From Raillietiella orientalis (lineage: Eukaryota), in assembly GCA_036172245.1 (NCBI GenBank), contig JAYWIR010000100.1, forward strand, positions 124,001-188,000: 64,000 bases of DNA, given 5' to 3'. Shown here in pieces: positions 24,771 through 39,800 of this stretch; the first letter of the stretch is position 1, and every line of letters starts with the position of its first letter. The notes beneath the pieces were generated by a model. That model made no database searches and was not told where the DNA came from. It worked only from the letters and a program-made list of their open reading frames with translations. The translations under genes and the position numbers were made by a program.

Positions 24771-26650
24771 GAAATCAGGAAATTGGAAGGCCGTGAGCCT
24801 CTCCATGACATGAATTTGCCACTCACTGCAAATAGATGCTTCGTGAAGAGGAGCAAAACTGCAATGGTGAAATTCCCTGATTTCGAATTGATTACAAAAC
24901 TTGAAAAGTTGCAAATTACTACCATATAATGAATCAGAACGAAGTATAAGATTCCACATCCAGGTAGGACACTGTTTACCATGAAAACAACACAGAGACC
25001 AAAGTGCTACGCCCTAATCTAATTTCGAACTCTTCTTAATCATCCTCTTAAATCAGGAAATTGGAAGCCCTTGAGGCTCTTCATGACGGCAATTTGCCAC
25101 TCACTGGAAATAGATGCTTCGCGAAGAGGTGCAAAACTGCAATGGAGAAATCCTTGGGTTTGGAATTGATTACAAAGCCTGCAAGGTAGCAAATTTTTAC
25201 CACATCATGGATCAGAGCGAACGAAAATATTCCTCTTCTAGGAACGACAGTGGTTACCATGAAGTCAACACAGAGACCAAAGTACCACCCCCTATTCTAA
25301 TTTCGAACGCTTCTTAATCATCCGCTGTAATCAGGAAATTGGCAGGCCTTGAGGCTTTCCATGACGGAAATTTGCCACTCACTGCAAATGTATGCTTAGT
25401 GAAAAGGCGCAAAAGTGCTATAGTAAAATCCCCTTTTTTCCAATTGGTTACAAACCCTGAAAGTTTGCAAATTTTTACCACATACTGAATTAAAGCGAAG
25501 GGAAAAATTCCTCTTCTAGGTACGACACTGGTTACTATGAAAACAACAGAGACCCCAACGTGCCACGCCCTAATGTAATTTCGAACACTTCATAATCATC
25601 CTCTGAAATCGGGAAATTGGAAGGCCTTGAGTCTCTTCATGACGGGAATTTGCCACTTATTGCAAATGGATGCTTAGTGAAGAGGCGCAAAACTGCAATG
25701 GAGATATCCCCTGATTTCGAATTGATTACAAAGCCTGAAAGGTTACAAATTTCTACCAGATCAAGAATCAGAGCGAAGGTAAAGATTCCTCTTCTAGGAA
25801 AGACAGTGGTTACCATGAAAACAACACAGAGACCAAAGTGCCACGCCCTAACCTAGTTTCGACCTCTTCTTAGTCATCCTCTTAAATCAGGAAATTGGAA
25901 GGCCGTGAGCCTCTCCATGACATGAATTTGCCACTCACTGCAAATAGATGCTTCGTGAAGAGAAGCAAAACTGCAATGGTGAAATTCCCTGATTTCGAAT
26001 TGATTACAAAACTTGAAAAGTTGCAAATTACTACCATATCATGAATCAGAACGAAGTATAAGATTCCACATCCAGGTAGGACACTGTTTACCATGAAAAC
26101 AACAGAGAGACCAAAGTGCTACGCCCTAATCTAATTTCGAACTCTTCTTAATCATCCTCTCAAATCAGGAAATTGGAATCCCTTGAGGCTGTTCATGACG
26201 GCAATTTGCCACTCACTGGAAATAGATGCTTCGCGAAGAGGTGCAAAACTGCAATGGAGAAATCCCCGGGTTTCGAATTGATTACAAAGCCTGTAAGGTT
26301 GCAAATTTTTACTAGTTCATATATCAGAGCGAACGAAAATATTCCTTTTCTTGGAACGACAGTGGTTAATATTAAGACAACACAGATACCAACGTACCAC
26401 CCCCTATTCTAATTTCGAACACTTCTTAATCATCCGCTGTAATCAGGAAATTCGAAGGCCTTGAGGCTTTCCATGACGGAAATTTGCCACTCACTGCAAA
26501 TGTATGCTTAGTGAAAAGGCGCAAAAGTGCTATAGTAAAATCCCCTGATTTCCAATTGGTTACAAACCCTGAAAGTTTGCAAATTTTTACCACATACTGA
26601 ATTAGAGCGAAGGGAAAAATTCCTCTTCTAGGTACGACACTGGTTACTAT
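24420..26650. repeat. 4-monomer repeat (1112 bp) pair, copied again at ~29700-31900 (offset 5277 bp, 19 monomers)
   Basis: MVNSVLPGCG-type ORFs start at 24982, 26094, 30259 and 31371 (steps of 1112 within each pair). 24758->30035 and 25114->30391 are both 5277. Confidence 0.82.
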
Positions 26651-29600
26651 GAAAACAACAGATAGGCAAAAGTGCCACGCCCTAATCTAATTTCGAACAC
26701 TTCATAATCATCCTCTGAAATCGGGAAATTGGAAGGCCTTGAGTCTCTTCATGACGGGAATTTGCCACTTACTGCAATTGGATGCTTACTGAAAAGGCGC
26801 AATTGTGCAACAGTAATATCCCCTGATTTTTAGTTGATTACAAAGCATGAAAGGATGCAAATTTCTAGCACATCATGAATGAGAGCGAAGTATAAGATTC
26901 GTCTTCTAAGTACGACACTGCTTACCATGAAAACGACACAGAGACCAAAGTGACACGCCCTAACCTATTTTCGACCTCTTCTTAGTCATCCTCTGAAATC
27001 AGGAAATTGGAAGGCCGTGAGCCTCTCCATCACATGAATTTGCCACTCACTGCAAATAGCTGCTTCGTGAAGAGGAGCAAAACTGCAATGGAGAAATCCC
27101 CGGGTTTCGAATTGATTACACAGCCAGTAAAGTAGCAAATTTTTACCACTCTATGGATCAGAGCGAACGAAAATATTCCTCTTCTTGGAACGACAGTGGT
27201 TACCATTAAGACAACACAGAAACCAAGGTACCACCCCCTAATCTAATTTCGAAAACTTCTCAATCATCCTCTGAAATCAGGAAATTGGAAGTCCGTGAGC
27301 CTCTCCATGACATGAATTTGCCACTCACTGAAAATAGATGCTTCGTGAGGAGGAGCAAAATTGCAATGGTGAAATCCCCTGATTTCGAATTGATTACAAA
27401 ACCTGAAAAGTTGCAAAATACTACCATATTATGAAGCAGAACGAAGTATAAGATTCCTCTTCTAGGTAGGACACTGTTTACCATGAAGACAACACAGAGA
27501 CCAAAGTAACACCCCCTAATCTGATTTCGAACACTTCTTAGTCATGCTCTGAAATCAGGAAAATGGAAGGCCGTGAGCCTCTCCATGACGGGAATTTGCA
27601 CTCACTGAAAATGTTTGCTTAATAAAGGCGTAAAAGTGCTATAGTAAAATCCCCTGATTTCCAATTGGTTACAAACCCTGAAAGTTTGCAAATTTTTACC
27701 ACATACTGAAGTAGAGCGAAGGAAAAAATTCCTCTTCTACGTACGACACTGGTTACTATGAAAACAACAGATAGACAAAAGTGCCACGCCCTAATCTAAT
27801 TTCGAACACTTCATAATCATGCTCTGAAATCGGGAAATTGGTAGGCCTTTAGACTCTCCATGACGTGAATTTGGCACTTACTGCAAATGGATGCTTACTG
27901 AAAAGGGTCAATATTGCAACAGTTATATCCCCTGATTTCCAATTGTTTACAAAGCCTGAAAGGATGCAAATTTCTACCACATCATGAATCAGAGCGAAGT
28001 ATAAGATTCCTCTTCCAGGGACGACACTGCTTACCATGAAAACAACACAGAGACTAAAGTGCCACGCCCTAACCTATTTTCGACCTCTTCTTAGTCATCC
28101 TCTCAAATCAGGAAAATGGAAGGCCGTGAGCCTCTCCATGACATGAATTTGCCACTCACTGCAAATAGATGCTTCGTTAAGAGGAGCAAAATTGCAATGG
28201 TGAAATCGCCTGATTTCGAATTGATTACAAAACCTGAAAAGTTGCAAATTACTACCATATTATGAAGCAGAACGAAGTATAAGATTCCTCTTCTAGTTAG
28301 GACACTGTTTACCATGAAGACAACACAGAGACCAAAGTAACACCCCCTAATCTGATTTCGAACACTTCTTAGTCATGCTCTGAAATCAGGAAAATGGAAG
28401 GCCGTGAGCCTCTCCATGACGGGAATTTGCACTCACTGAAAATGTTTGCTTAGTAAAAAGGCGCAAAAGTGCTATAGTAAAATCCCCTGATTTCCAATTG
28501 TTTACAAACCATGAAAGTTTGCAAGTTTTTACCACATACTGAATTAGAGCGAAGGAAACAATTCCTCTTCTAGGTACTACACTGGTTACCATGAAAACAA
28601 CACAGAGACCAAAGTGCCACGGCCTAATGAAATTTCGAACTCTTCTTAATCATGCTCTGAAATTAGGAAATTGGAAGGACTTGAGCCTCTCCATGACGCG
28701 AATTTGCCACTAACTGGAAATAGATGCTTCGTGAAGAGGTGCAAAACTGCCATGGAGAAATCCCCTGATTTCGAATTGATCACCAAGCCTGAAAGGTTGC
28801 AAATTTTTGCCACATCTTGAATCAGAGCGAAGTATAAAATTCCTCTTCTAGGAACGACAGTGGTTACCATGAAGACAACACAGAGACCAAAGTAACACCT
28901 CCTAATCTGATATCGAACACTTCTTATTCATGCTCTGAAATCAGGAAAATGGAAGGCCGTGAGCCTCTCCATGACGGGAATTTGCCACTCACTGAAAATG
29001 TTTGCTTAGTAAAAAGGAGTAAAAGTGCTATAGTAAAATCCCCTGATTTCCAATTGGTTACAAACCCTGAAAGTTTGCAAATTTTTACCAAATACTGAAG
29101 TAGAGCGAAGGAAAAAATTCCTCTTCTACGTACGACACTGGTTACTATGAAAACAACAGATAGACAAAAGTGCCACGCCCTAATCTTATTTCGAACACTT
29201 CATAATCATGCTCTGAAATCGGGAAATTGGTAGGCCTTTAGACTCTCCATGAGGGGAATTTGGAACTTACTGCAAATGGATGCTTACTGAAAAGGGTCAA
29301 TATTGCAACAGTTATATCCCCTGATTTCCAATTGTTTACAAAGCCTGAAAGGATGCAAACTTCTACCACATCATGAATCAGAGCGAAGTATAAGATTCCT
29401 CTTCTAGGTAGAACACTGTTTACCATGAAGACAACACAGAGACCAAAGTAACACCCCCTAATCTGATTTCGAACACTTCTTAGTGATGCTCTGAAATCAG
29501 GAAAATGGAAGGCCGTGAGCCTCTCCATGACGGGAATTTGCCACTCACTGAAAATGTTTGCTTAGTAAAAAGGCGTAAAAGTGCTATAGTAAAATCCCCT

Positions 29601-32600
29601 GATTTCCAATTGGTTACAAACCATGAAAGTTTGCAAATTTTTACCACATACTGAATTAGAGCGAAGGAAACAATTCCTCTTCTAGGTACGACACTGCTTA
29701 CCATGAAAACGACACAGAGAACAAAGTGCCACGCCCTAACCTATTTTCGACCTCTTCTTAGTCATCCTCTGAAATCAGGAAATTGGAAGGCCGTGAGCCT
29801 CTCCATGACATGAATTTGCCACTCACTGCGAATGTATGCTTAGCGAAAAGCAGCAAAATTGCAATAGTAAAATCCCATGATTTCCAATTTATTCCAAGCC
29901 TGTAAGGTTGCAAATTGTTACCACATCTTGAATCAGAGCGAAGTATAAGATTCCTCTTCTAGGTACGACACTGCTTACCATGAAAACAACACAGAGACCA
30001 AAGTGCCACGCCCTAACCAATTTTCGACCTCTTCTTAGTCATCCTCTGAAATCAGGAAATTGGAAGGCCGTGAGCCTCTCCATGACATGAATTTGCCACT
30101 CACTGCAAATAGATGCTTCGTGAAGAGGAGCAAAACTGCAATGGTGAAATTCCCTGATTTCGAATTGATTACAAAACTTGAAAAGTTGCAAATTACTACC
30201 ATATAATGAATCAGAACGAAGTATAAGATTCCACATCCAGGTAGGACACTGTTTACCATGAAAACAACACAGAGACCAAAGTGCTACGCCCTAATCTAAT
30301 TTCGAACTCTTCTTAATCATCCTCTTAAATCAGGAAATTGGAAGCCCTTGAGGCTCTTCATGACGGCAATTTGCCACTCACTGGAAATAGATGCTTCGCG
30401 AAGAGGTGCAAAACTGCAATGGAGAAATCCTTGGGTTTGGAATTGATTACAAAGCCTGCAAGGTAGCAAATTTTTACCACATCATGGATCAGAGCGAACG
30501 AAAATATTCCTCTTCTAGGAACGACAGTGGTTACCATGAAGTCAACACAGAGACCAAAGTACCACCCCCTATTCTAATTTCGAACGCTTCTTAATCATCC
30601 GCTGTAATCAGGAAATTGGCAGGCCTTGAGGCTTTCCATGACGGAAATTTGCCACTCACTGCAAATGTATGCTTAGTGAAAAGGCGCAAAAGTGCTATAG
30701 TAAAATCCCCTTTTTTCCAATTGGTAACAAACCCTGAAAGTTTGCAAATTTTTACCACATACTGAATTAAAGCGAAGGGAAAAATTCCTCTTCTAGGTAC
30801 GACACTGGTTACTATGAAAACAACAGAGAGCCCAAAGTGCCACGCCCTAATCTAATTTCGAACACTTCATAATCATCCTCTGAAATCGGGAAATTGGAAG
30901 GCCTCGAGTCTCTTCATGACGGGAATTTGCCACTTACTGCAATTGGATGCTTACTGAAAAGGCGCAATTGTGCAACAGTAATATCCCCTGATTTTTAGTT
31001 GATTACAAAGCATGAAAGGATGCAAATTTCAAGCACATCATGAATGAGAGCGAAGTATAAGATTCCTCTTCTAGGTACGACACTGCTTACCATGAAAACA
31101 ACACAGAGACCAAAGTGCCACGCCCTAACCAATTTTCGACCTCTTCTTAGTCATCCTCTGAAATCAGGAAATTGGAAGGCCGTGAGCCTCTCCATGACAT
31201 GAATTTGCCACTCACTGCAAATAGATGCTTCGTGAAGAGGAGCAAAACTGCAATGGTGAAATTCCCTGATTTCGAATTGATTACAAAACTTGAAAAGTTG
31301 CAAATTACTACCATATAATGAATCAGAACGAAGTATAAGATTCCACATCCAGGTAGGACACTGTTTACCATGAAAACAACACAGAGACCAAAGTGCTACG
31401 CCCTAATCTAATTTCGAACTCTTCTTAATCATCCTCTTAAATCAGGAAATTGGAATCCCTTGAGGCTCTTCATGACGGCAATTTGCCACTCACTGGAAAT
31501 AGATGCTTCGCGAAGAGGTGCAAAACTGCAATGGAGAAATCCTTGGGTTTCGAATTGATTACAAAGCCTGCAAGGTAGCAAATTTTTACCACATCATGGA
31601 TCAGAGCGAACGAAAATATTCCTCTTCTAGGAACGACAGTGGTTACCATGAAGTCAACACAGATACCAACGTACCACCCCCTATTCTAATTTCGAACACT
31701 TCTTAATCATCCGCTGTAATCAGGAAATTGGAAGGCCTTGAGGCTTTCCATGACGGAAATTTGCCACTCACTGCAAATGTATGCTTAGTGAAAAGGCGCA
31801 AAAGTGCTATAGTAAAATCCCCTGATTTCCAATTGGTTACAAACCCTGAAAGTTTGCAAGTTTTTACCACATACTGAATTAGAGCGAAGGAAAAAATTCT
31901 TCTTCTAGGTACGACAATGGTTACTATGAAAACAACAGATAGACCAAAGTACCACGCCCTAATCTGATTTCGGACACTTCATAATCATCCTCTGAACTCG
32001 GGAAATCGGAAGGCCTTGAGTCTCCTCTTGACGGGAATTTGCCACTTACTGCAGATGTATGCTAAGTGAAAAGGCGCAATAGTGCAACAGTAATATCCTC
32101 TGATTTCCAATTGATTACAAAGCCGGAAAGGTTGCAAATTTTTACCACATCATGAATCAGAGCGAAGGAAAGGATTACTTTTCTAGGTACGACACTGCTT
32201 ACCATGAAAACGACACAGAGACCAAAGTGCCACGCCCTAACCTATTTTCGACCTCTTCTCAGTCATCCTCTGAAATCAGGAAATTTGAAGGCCGTGAGCC
32301 TCTCCATGACATGAATTTGCCACTCACTGCAAATGTATGCTTAGCGAAAAGCAGCAAAAGTGCAATAGTAAAATCCCATGATTTCCAATTTATTCCAATC
32401 CTGTAAGGTTGCAAATTTTTACCACATCTTGAATCAGAGCGAAGTATAAGATTCCTCTTCTAGGTACGACACTGCTTACCATGAAAACAACACAGAGACG
32501 AAAGTGCCACGCCCTAACCAATTTTCGACCTCTTCTTAGTAATCCTCTGAAATCAGGAAATTGGAAGGTTGTGAGCCTCTCCATGACATGAATTTGCCAC

Positions 32601-33899
32601 TCACTGCAAATAGATGCTTCGTGAAGAGGAGCAAAACTGCAATGGTGAGATTCCCTGATATCGAATTGATTACAAAACTTGAAAAGTTGCAAATTACTAC
32701 TATATAATGAATCAGAACGAAGTATAAGATTCTTCTTCCAGGTAGGACACTGTTTACCATGAAAACAACATAGAGACCAAAGTGCCACGCCCTAATCTAA
32801 TTTCGAACTCTTCTTAATCATTCTCTGAAATCAAAAAATTGGAAGCCCTTGAGGCTCTTCATGACGGCGATTTGCCACTCAATGGAAATAGATGCTTCGC
32901 GAAGAGCTGCAAAACTGCAATGGAGAAATCCCCGGGTTTCGAATTGATTACAAAGCCTGTAAGGTAGCAAATTTTTACCAGTTCATGGATCAGAGCGAAC
33001 GAAAATATTCCTCTTCTTGGAACGACAGTGGTTACCATTAAGACAACACAGATACCAAAGTACCACCCCCTATTCTAATTTCGAACACTTCTTAATCATC
33101 CGCTGTAATCAGGAAATTGGAAGGCCTTGAGGCTTTCTATGACGGAAATTTGCCACTCACTGCAAATGTATGCTTAGTAAAAAGGCGCAAAATTGCTATA
33201 GTAAAATCCCCTGATTTCCAATTGGTTACAAAGCCTGAAAGTTTGCAAATTTTTACCACATACTGAATTAGAGCGAAGGGAAAAATTCCTCTTCTAGGTA
33301 CGACACTGGTTACTATGAAAACAACAGATAGGCAAAAGTGCCACGCCCTAATCTAATTTCGAACACTTCATAATCATCCTCTGAAATCGGGAAATTGGAA
33401 GGCCTTGAGTCTCTTCATGACGGGAATTTGCCACTTACTGCAATTGGATGCTTACTGAAAAGGCGCAATTGTGCAACAGTAATATCCCCTGATTTTTAGT
33501 TGATTACAAAGCATGAAAGGATGCAAATTTCTAGCACATCATGAATGAGAGCGAAGTATAAGATTCGTCTTCTAAGTACGACACTGCTTACCATGAAAAC
33601 GACACAGAGACCAAAGTGACACGCCCTAACCTATTTTCGACCTCTTCTTAGTCATCCTCTGAAATCAGGAAATTGGAAGGCCGTGAGCCTCTCCATCACA
33701 TGAATTTGCCACTCACTGCAAATAGCTGCTTCGTGAAGAGGAGCAAAACTGCAATGGAGAAATCCCCGGGTTTCGAATTGATTACACAGCCAGTAAAGTA
33801 GCAAATTTTTACCACTCTATGGATCAGAGCGAACGAAAATATTCCTCTTCTTGGAACGACAGTGGTTACCATTAAGACAACACAGAAACCAAGGTACCA

Positions 33900-36800
33900 C
33901 CCCCTAATCTAATTTCGAAAACTTCTCAATCATCCTCTGAAATCAGGAAATTGGAAGTCCGTGAGCCTCTCCATGACATGAATTTGCCACTCACTGAAAA
34001 TAGATGCTTCGTGAGGAGGAGCAAAATTGCAATGGTGAAATCCCCTGATTTCGAATTGATTACAAAACCTGAAAAGTTGCAAAATACTACCATATTATGA
34101 AGCAGAACGAAGTATAAGATTCCTCTTCTAGGTAGGACACTGTTTACCATGAAGACAACACAGAGACCAAAGTAACACCCCCTAATCTGATTTCGAACAC
34201 TTCTTAGTCATGCTCTGAAATCAGGAAAATGGAAGGCCGTGAGCCTCTCCATGACGGGAATTTGCACTCACTGAAAATGTTTGCTTAGTAAAAAGGCGCA
34301 AAAGTGCTATAGTAAAATCCTTTGATTTCCAATTGTTTACAAACCATGAAAGTTTGCAAGTTTTTACCACATACTGAATTAGAGCGAAGGAAACAATTCC
34401 TCTTCTAGGTACTACACTGGTTACCATGAAAACAACACAGAGACCAAAGTGCCACAACCTAATGAAATTTCGAACTCTTCTTAATCATGCTCTGAAATTA
34501 GGAAATTGGAAGGCCTTGAGCCTCTCCATGACGTGAATTTGCCACTCACTGGAAATAGATGCTTCGTGAAGAGGTGCAAAACTGCCATGGAGAAATCCCC
34601 TGATTTCGAATTGATCACCAAGCCTGAAAGGTTGCAAATTTTTGCCACATCTTGAATCAGAGCGAAGTATAAAATTCCTCTTCTAGGAACGACAGTGGTT
34701 ACCATGAAGACAAAACAGAGACCAAAGTAACACCCCCTAATCTGATATCGAACACTTCTTAGTCATGCTCTGAAATCAGGAAAATGGAAGGCCGTGAGCC
34801 TCTCCATGACGGGAATTTGCCACTCACTGAAAATGTTTGCTTAATAAAGGCGTAAAAGTGCTATAGTAAAATCCCCTGATTTCCAATTGGTTACAAACCC
34901 TGAAAGTTTGCAAATTTTTACCACATACTGAAGTAGAGCGAAGGAAAAAATTCCTCTTCTACGTACGACACTGGTTACTATGAAAACAACAGATAGACAA
35001 AAGTGCCACGCCCTAATCTAATTTCGAACACTTCATAATCATGCTCTGAAATCGGGAAATTGGTAGGCCTTTAGACTCTCCATGACGTGAATTTGGCACT
35101 TACTGCAAATGGATGCTTACTGAAAAGGGTCAATATTGCAACAGTTATATCCCCTGATTTCCAATTGTTTACAAAGCCTGAAAGGATGCAAATTTCTACC
35201 ACATCATGAATCAGAGCGAAGTATAAGATTCCTCTTCTAGGGACGACACTGCTTACCATGAAAACAACACAGAGACTAAAGTGCCACGCCCTAACCTATT
35301 TTCGACCTCTTCTTAGTCATCCTCTCAAATCAGGAAAATGGAAGGCCGTGAGCCTCTCCATGACATGAATTTGCCACTCACTGCAAATAGATGCTTCGTT
35401 AAGAGGAGCAAAATTGCAATGGTGAAATCGCCTGATTTCGAATTGATTACAAAACCTGAAAAGTTGCAAATTACTACCATATTATGAAGCAGAACGAAGT
35501 ATAAGATTCCTCTTCTAGTTAGGACACTGTTTACCATGAAGACAACACAGAGACCAAAGTAACACCCCCTAATCTGATTTCGAACACTTCTTAGTCATGC
35601 TCTGAAATCAGGAAAATGGAAGGCCGTGAGCCTCTCCATGACGGGAATTTGCACTCACTGAAAATGTTTGCTTAGTAAAAAGGCGCAAAAGTGCTATAGT
35701 AAAATCCCCTGATTTCCAATTGTTTACAAACCATGAAAGTTTGCAAGTTTTTACCACATACTGAATTAGAGCGAAGGAAACAATTCCTCTTCTAGGTACT
35801 ACACTGGTTACCATGAAAACAACACAGAGACCAAAGTGCCACGGCCTAATGAAATTTCGAACTCTTCTTAATCATGCTCTGAAATTAGGAAATTGGAAGG
35901 ACTTGAGCCTCTCCATGACGCGAATTTGCCACTCACTGGAAATAGATGCTTCGTGAAGAGGTGCAAAACTGCCATGGAGAAATCCCCTGATTTCGAATTG
36001 ATCACCAAGCCTGAAAGGTTGCAAATTTTTGCCACATCTTGAATCAGAGCGAAGTATAAAATTCCTCTTCTAGGAACGACAGTGGTTACCATGAAGACAA
36101 CACAGAGACCAAAGTAACACCCCCTAATCTGATATCGAACACTTCTTATTCATGCTCTGAAATCAGGAAAATGGAAGGCCGTGAGCCTCTCCATGACGGG
36201 AATTTGCCACTCACTGAAAATGTTTGCTTAGTAAAAAGGCGTAAAAGTGCTATAGTAAAATCCCCTGATTTCCAATTGGTTACAAACCCTGAAAGTTTGC
36301 AAATTTTTACCACATACTGAAGTAGAGCGAAGGAAAAAATTCCTCTTCTACGTACGACACTGGTTACTATGAAAACAACAGATAGACAAAAGTGCCACGC
36401 CCTAATCTTATTTCGAACACTTCATAATCATGCTCTGAAATCGGGAAATTGGTAGGCCTTTATACTCTCCATGAGGGGAATTTGGAACTTACTGCAAATG
36501 GATGCTTACTGAAAAGGGTCAATATTGCAACAGTTATATCCCCTGATTTCCAATTGTTTACAAAGCCTGAAAGGATGCAAACTTCTACCACATCATGAAT
36601 CAGAGCGAAGTATAAGATTCCTCTTCTAGGTAGAACACTGTTTACCATGAAGACAACACAGAGACCAAAGTAACACCCCCTAATCTGATTTCGAACACTT
36701 CTTAGTGATGCTCTGAAATCAGGAAAATGGAAGGCCGTGAGCCTCTCCATGACGGGAATTTGCCACTCACTGAAAATGTTTGCTTAGTAAAAAGGCGTAA

Positions 36801-39800
36801 AAGTGCTATAGTAAAATCCCCTGATTTCCAATTGGTTACAAACCATGAAAGTTTGCAAATTTTTACCACATACTGAATTAGAGCGAAGGAAACAATTCCT
36901 CTTCTAGGTACGACACTGCTTACCATGAAAACAACACAGAGACCAAAGTGCCACACCCTAACCTAATTTCGAACTCTTCTTAGTCATCCTCTGAAATCAG
37001 GAAATTGGAATGCCGTGAGGCTCTCCATGACGGGAATTTGCCACTCACTGAAAATGTTTGCTTAGTAAAAAGGCGCAAAATTGCTATAGTAAAATCCCCT
37101 GATTTCCAATTGGTTACAAAGCCTGAAAGTTTGCAAGTTCTTACCACATAATGAATTAGAGTGAAGGAAACAATTCCTCTTCTAGGTACGACACTGGTTA
37201 CTATGAAAACAACAGATAGGCAAAAGTGCCACGCCCTAATCTAATTTCGAACACTTCATAATCATCCTCTGAAATCGGGAAATTGGAAGGCCTTGAGTCT
37301 CTTCATGACGGGAATTTGCCACTTACTGCAATTGGATGCTTACTGAAAAGGCGCAATTGTGCAACAGTAATATCCCCTGATTTTTAGTTGATTACAAAGC
37401 ATGAAAGGATGCAAATTTCTAGCACATCATGAATGAGAGCGAAGTATAAGATTCGTCTTCTAAGTACGACACTGCTTACCATGAAAACGACACAGAGACC
37501 AAAGTGACACGCCCTAACCTATTTTCGACCTCTTCTTAGTCATCCTCTGAAATCAGGAAATTGGAAGGCCGTGAGCCTCTCCATCACATGAATTTGCCAC
37601 TCACTGCAAATAGCTGCTTCGTGAAGAGGAGCAAAACTGCAATGGAGAAATCCCCGGGTTTCGAATTGATTACACAGCCAGTAAAGTAGCAAATTTTTAC
37701 CACTCTATGGATCAGAGCGAACGAAAATATTCCTCTTCTTGGAACGACAGTGGTTACCATTAAGACAACACAGAAACCAAGGTACCACCCCCTAATCTAA
37801 TTTCGAAAACTTCTCAATCATCCTCTGAAATCAGGAAATTGGAAGTCCGTGAGCCTCTCCATGACATGAATTTGCCACTCACTGAAAAAAGATGCTTCGT
37901 GAGGAGGAGCAAAATTGCAATGGTGAAATCCCCTGATTTCGAATTGATTACAAAACCTGAAAAGTTGCAAAATACTACCATATTATGAAGCAGAACGAAG
38001 TATAAGATTCCTCTTCTAGGTAGGACACTGTTTACCATGAAGACAACACAGAGACCAAAGTAACACCCCCTAATCTGATTTCGAACACTTCTTAGTCATG
38101 CTCTGAAATCAGGAAAATGGAAGGCCGTGAGCCTCTCCATGACGGGAATTTGCACTCACTGAAAATGTTTGCTTAGTAAAAAGGCGCAAAAGTGCTATAG
38201 TAAAATCCCCTGATTTCCAATTGTTTACAAACCATGAAAGTTTGCAAGTTTTTACCACATACTGAATTAGAGCGAAGGAAACAATTCCTCTTCTAGGTAC
38301 TACACTGGTTACCATGAAAACAACATAGAGACCAAAGTGCCACGGCCTAATGAAATTTCGAACTCTTCTTAATCATGCTCTGAAATTAGGAAATTGGAAG
38401 GACTTGAGCCTCTCCATGACGCGAATTTGCCACTCACTGGAAATAGATGCTTCGTGAAGAGGTGCAAAACTGCCATGGAGAAATCCCCTGATTTCGAATT
38501 GATCACCAAGCCTGAAAGGTTGCAAATTATTGCCACATCTTGAATCAGAGCGAAGTATAAGATTCCTCTTCTAGGAACGACAGTGGTTACCATGAAGACA
38601 ACACAGAGACCAAAGTAACACCCCATAATCTGATTTCGAACACTTCTTAGTCATGCTCTGAAATCAGGAAAATGGAAGGCCGTGAGCCTCTCCATGACGG
38701 GAATTTGCCACTCACTGAAAATGTTTGCTTAGTAAAAAGGCGTAAAAGTGCTATAGTAAAATCCCCTGATTTCCAATTGCTTACAAACCATCAAAGTTTG
38801 CAAATCTTTACCACATACTGAAGTAGAGCGAAGGAAAAAATTCCTCTTCTACGTACGACACTGGTTACTATGAAAACAACAGATAGACAAAAGTGCCACG
38901 CCCTAATCTAATTTCGAAAACTTCATAATCATGCTCTGAAATCGGGAAATTGGTAGGCCTTTAGACTCTCCATGACGGGAATTTGGCACTTACTGCAAAT
39001 GGATGCTTACTGAAAAGGGTCAATATTGCAACAGTTATATCCCCTGATTTCCAATTGTTTACAAAGCCTGAAAGGATGCAAATTTCTACCACATCATGAA
39101 TCAGAGCGAAGTATAAGATTCCTCTTCTAGGTAGAACACTGTTTACCATGAAGACAACACAGAGACCAAAGTAACACCCCCTAATCTGATTTCGAACACT
39201 TCTTAGTCATGCTCTGAAATCAGGAAAATGGAAGGCCTTGAGGCTTTCGATGACGGAAATTTGCCACTCACTGCAAATGTATGCTTAGTGAAAAGGCGCA
39301 AAAGTGCTATAGTAAAATCCCCTCATTTCCAATTGGTTACAAACCCTGAAAGTTTGCAAATTTTTACCACATACTGAAGTAGAGCGAAGGAAAAAATTCC
39401 TCTTCTACGTACGACACTGGTTACTATGAAAACAACAGATAGACAAAAGTGCCACGCCCTAATCTAATTTCGAACACTTCATAATCATGCTCTGAAATCG
39501 GGAAATTGGTAGGCCTTTAGACTCTCCATGACGGGAATTTGGCACTTACTGCAAATGGATGCTTACTGAAAAGGGTCAATATTGCAACAGTTATATCCCC
39601 TGATTTCCAATTGTTTACAAAGCCTGAAAGGATGCAAATTTCTACCACATCATGAATCAGAGCGAAGTATAAGATTCCTCTTCTAGGGACGACACTGCTT
39701 ACCATGAAAACAACACAGAGACTAAAGTGCCACGCCCTAACCTATTTTCGACCTCTTCTTAGTCATCCTCTCAAATCAGGAAAATGGAAGGCCGTGAGCC

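Larger units (their letters stand above)
1..27250. repeat. Heterogeneous satellite domain: many diverged monomer variants, local and dispersed block duplications, all inverted-cassette monomers
   Basis: Adjacent monomers differ at many positions and no single long-range period holds. Block duplications occur at offsets of 1667, 2500, 5553, 8053 and 9431 bp. The right boundary is approximate. Confidence 0.8.
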
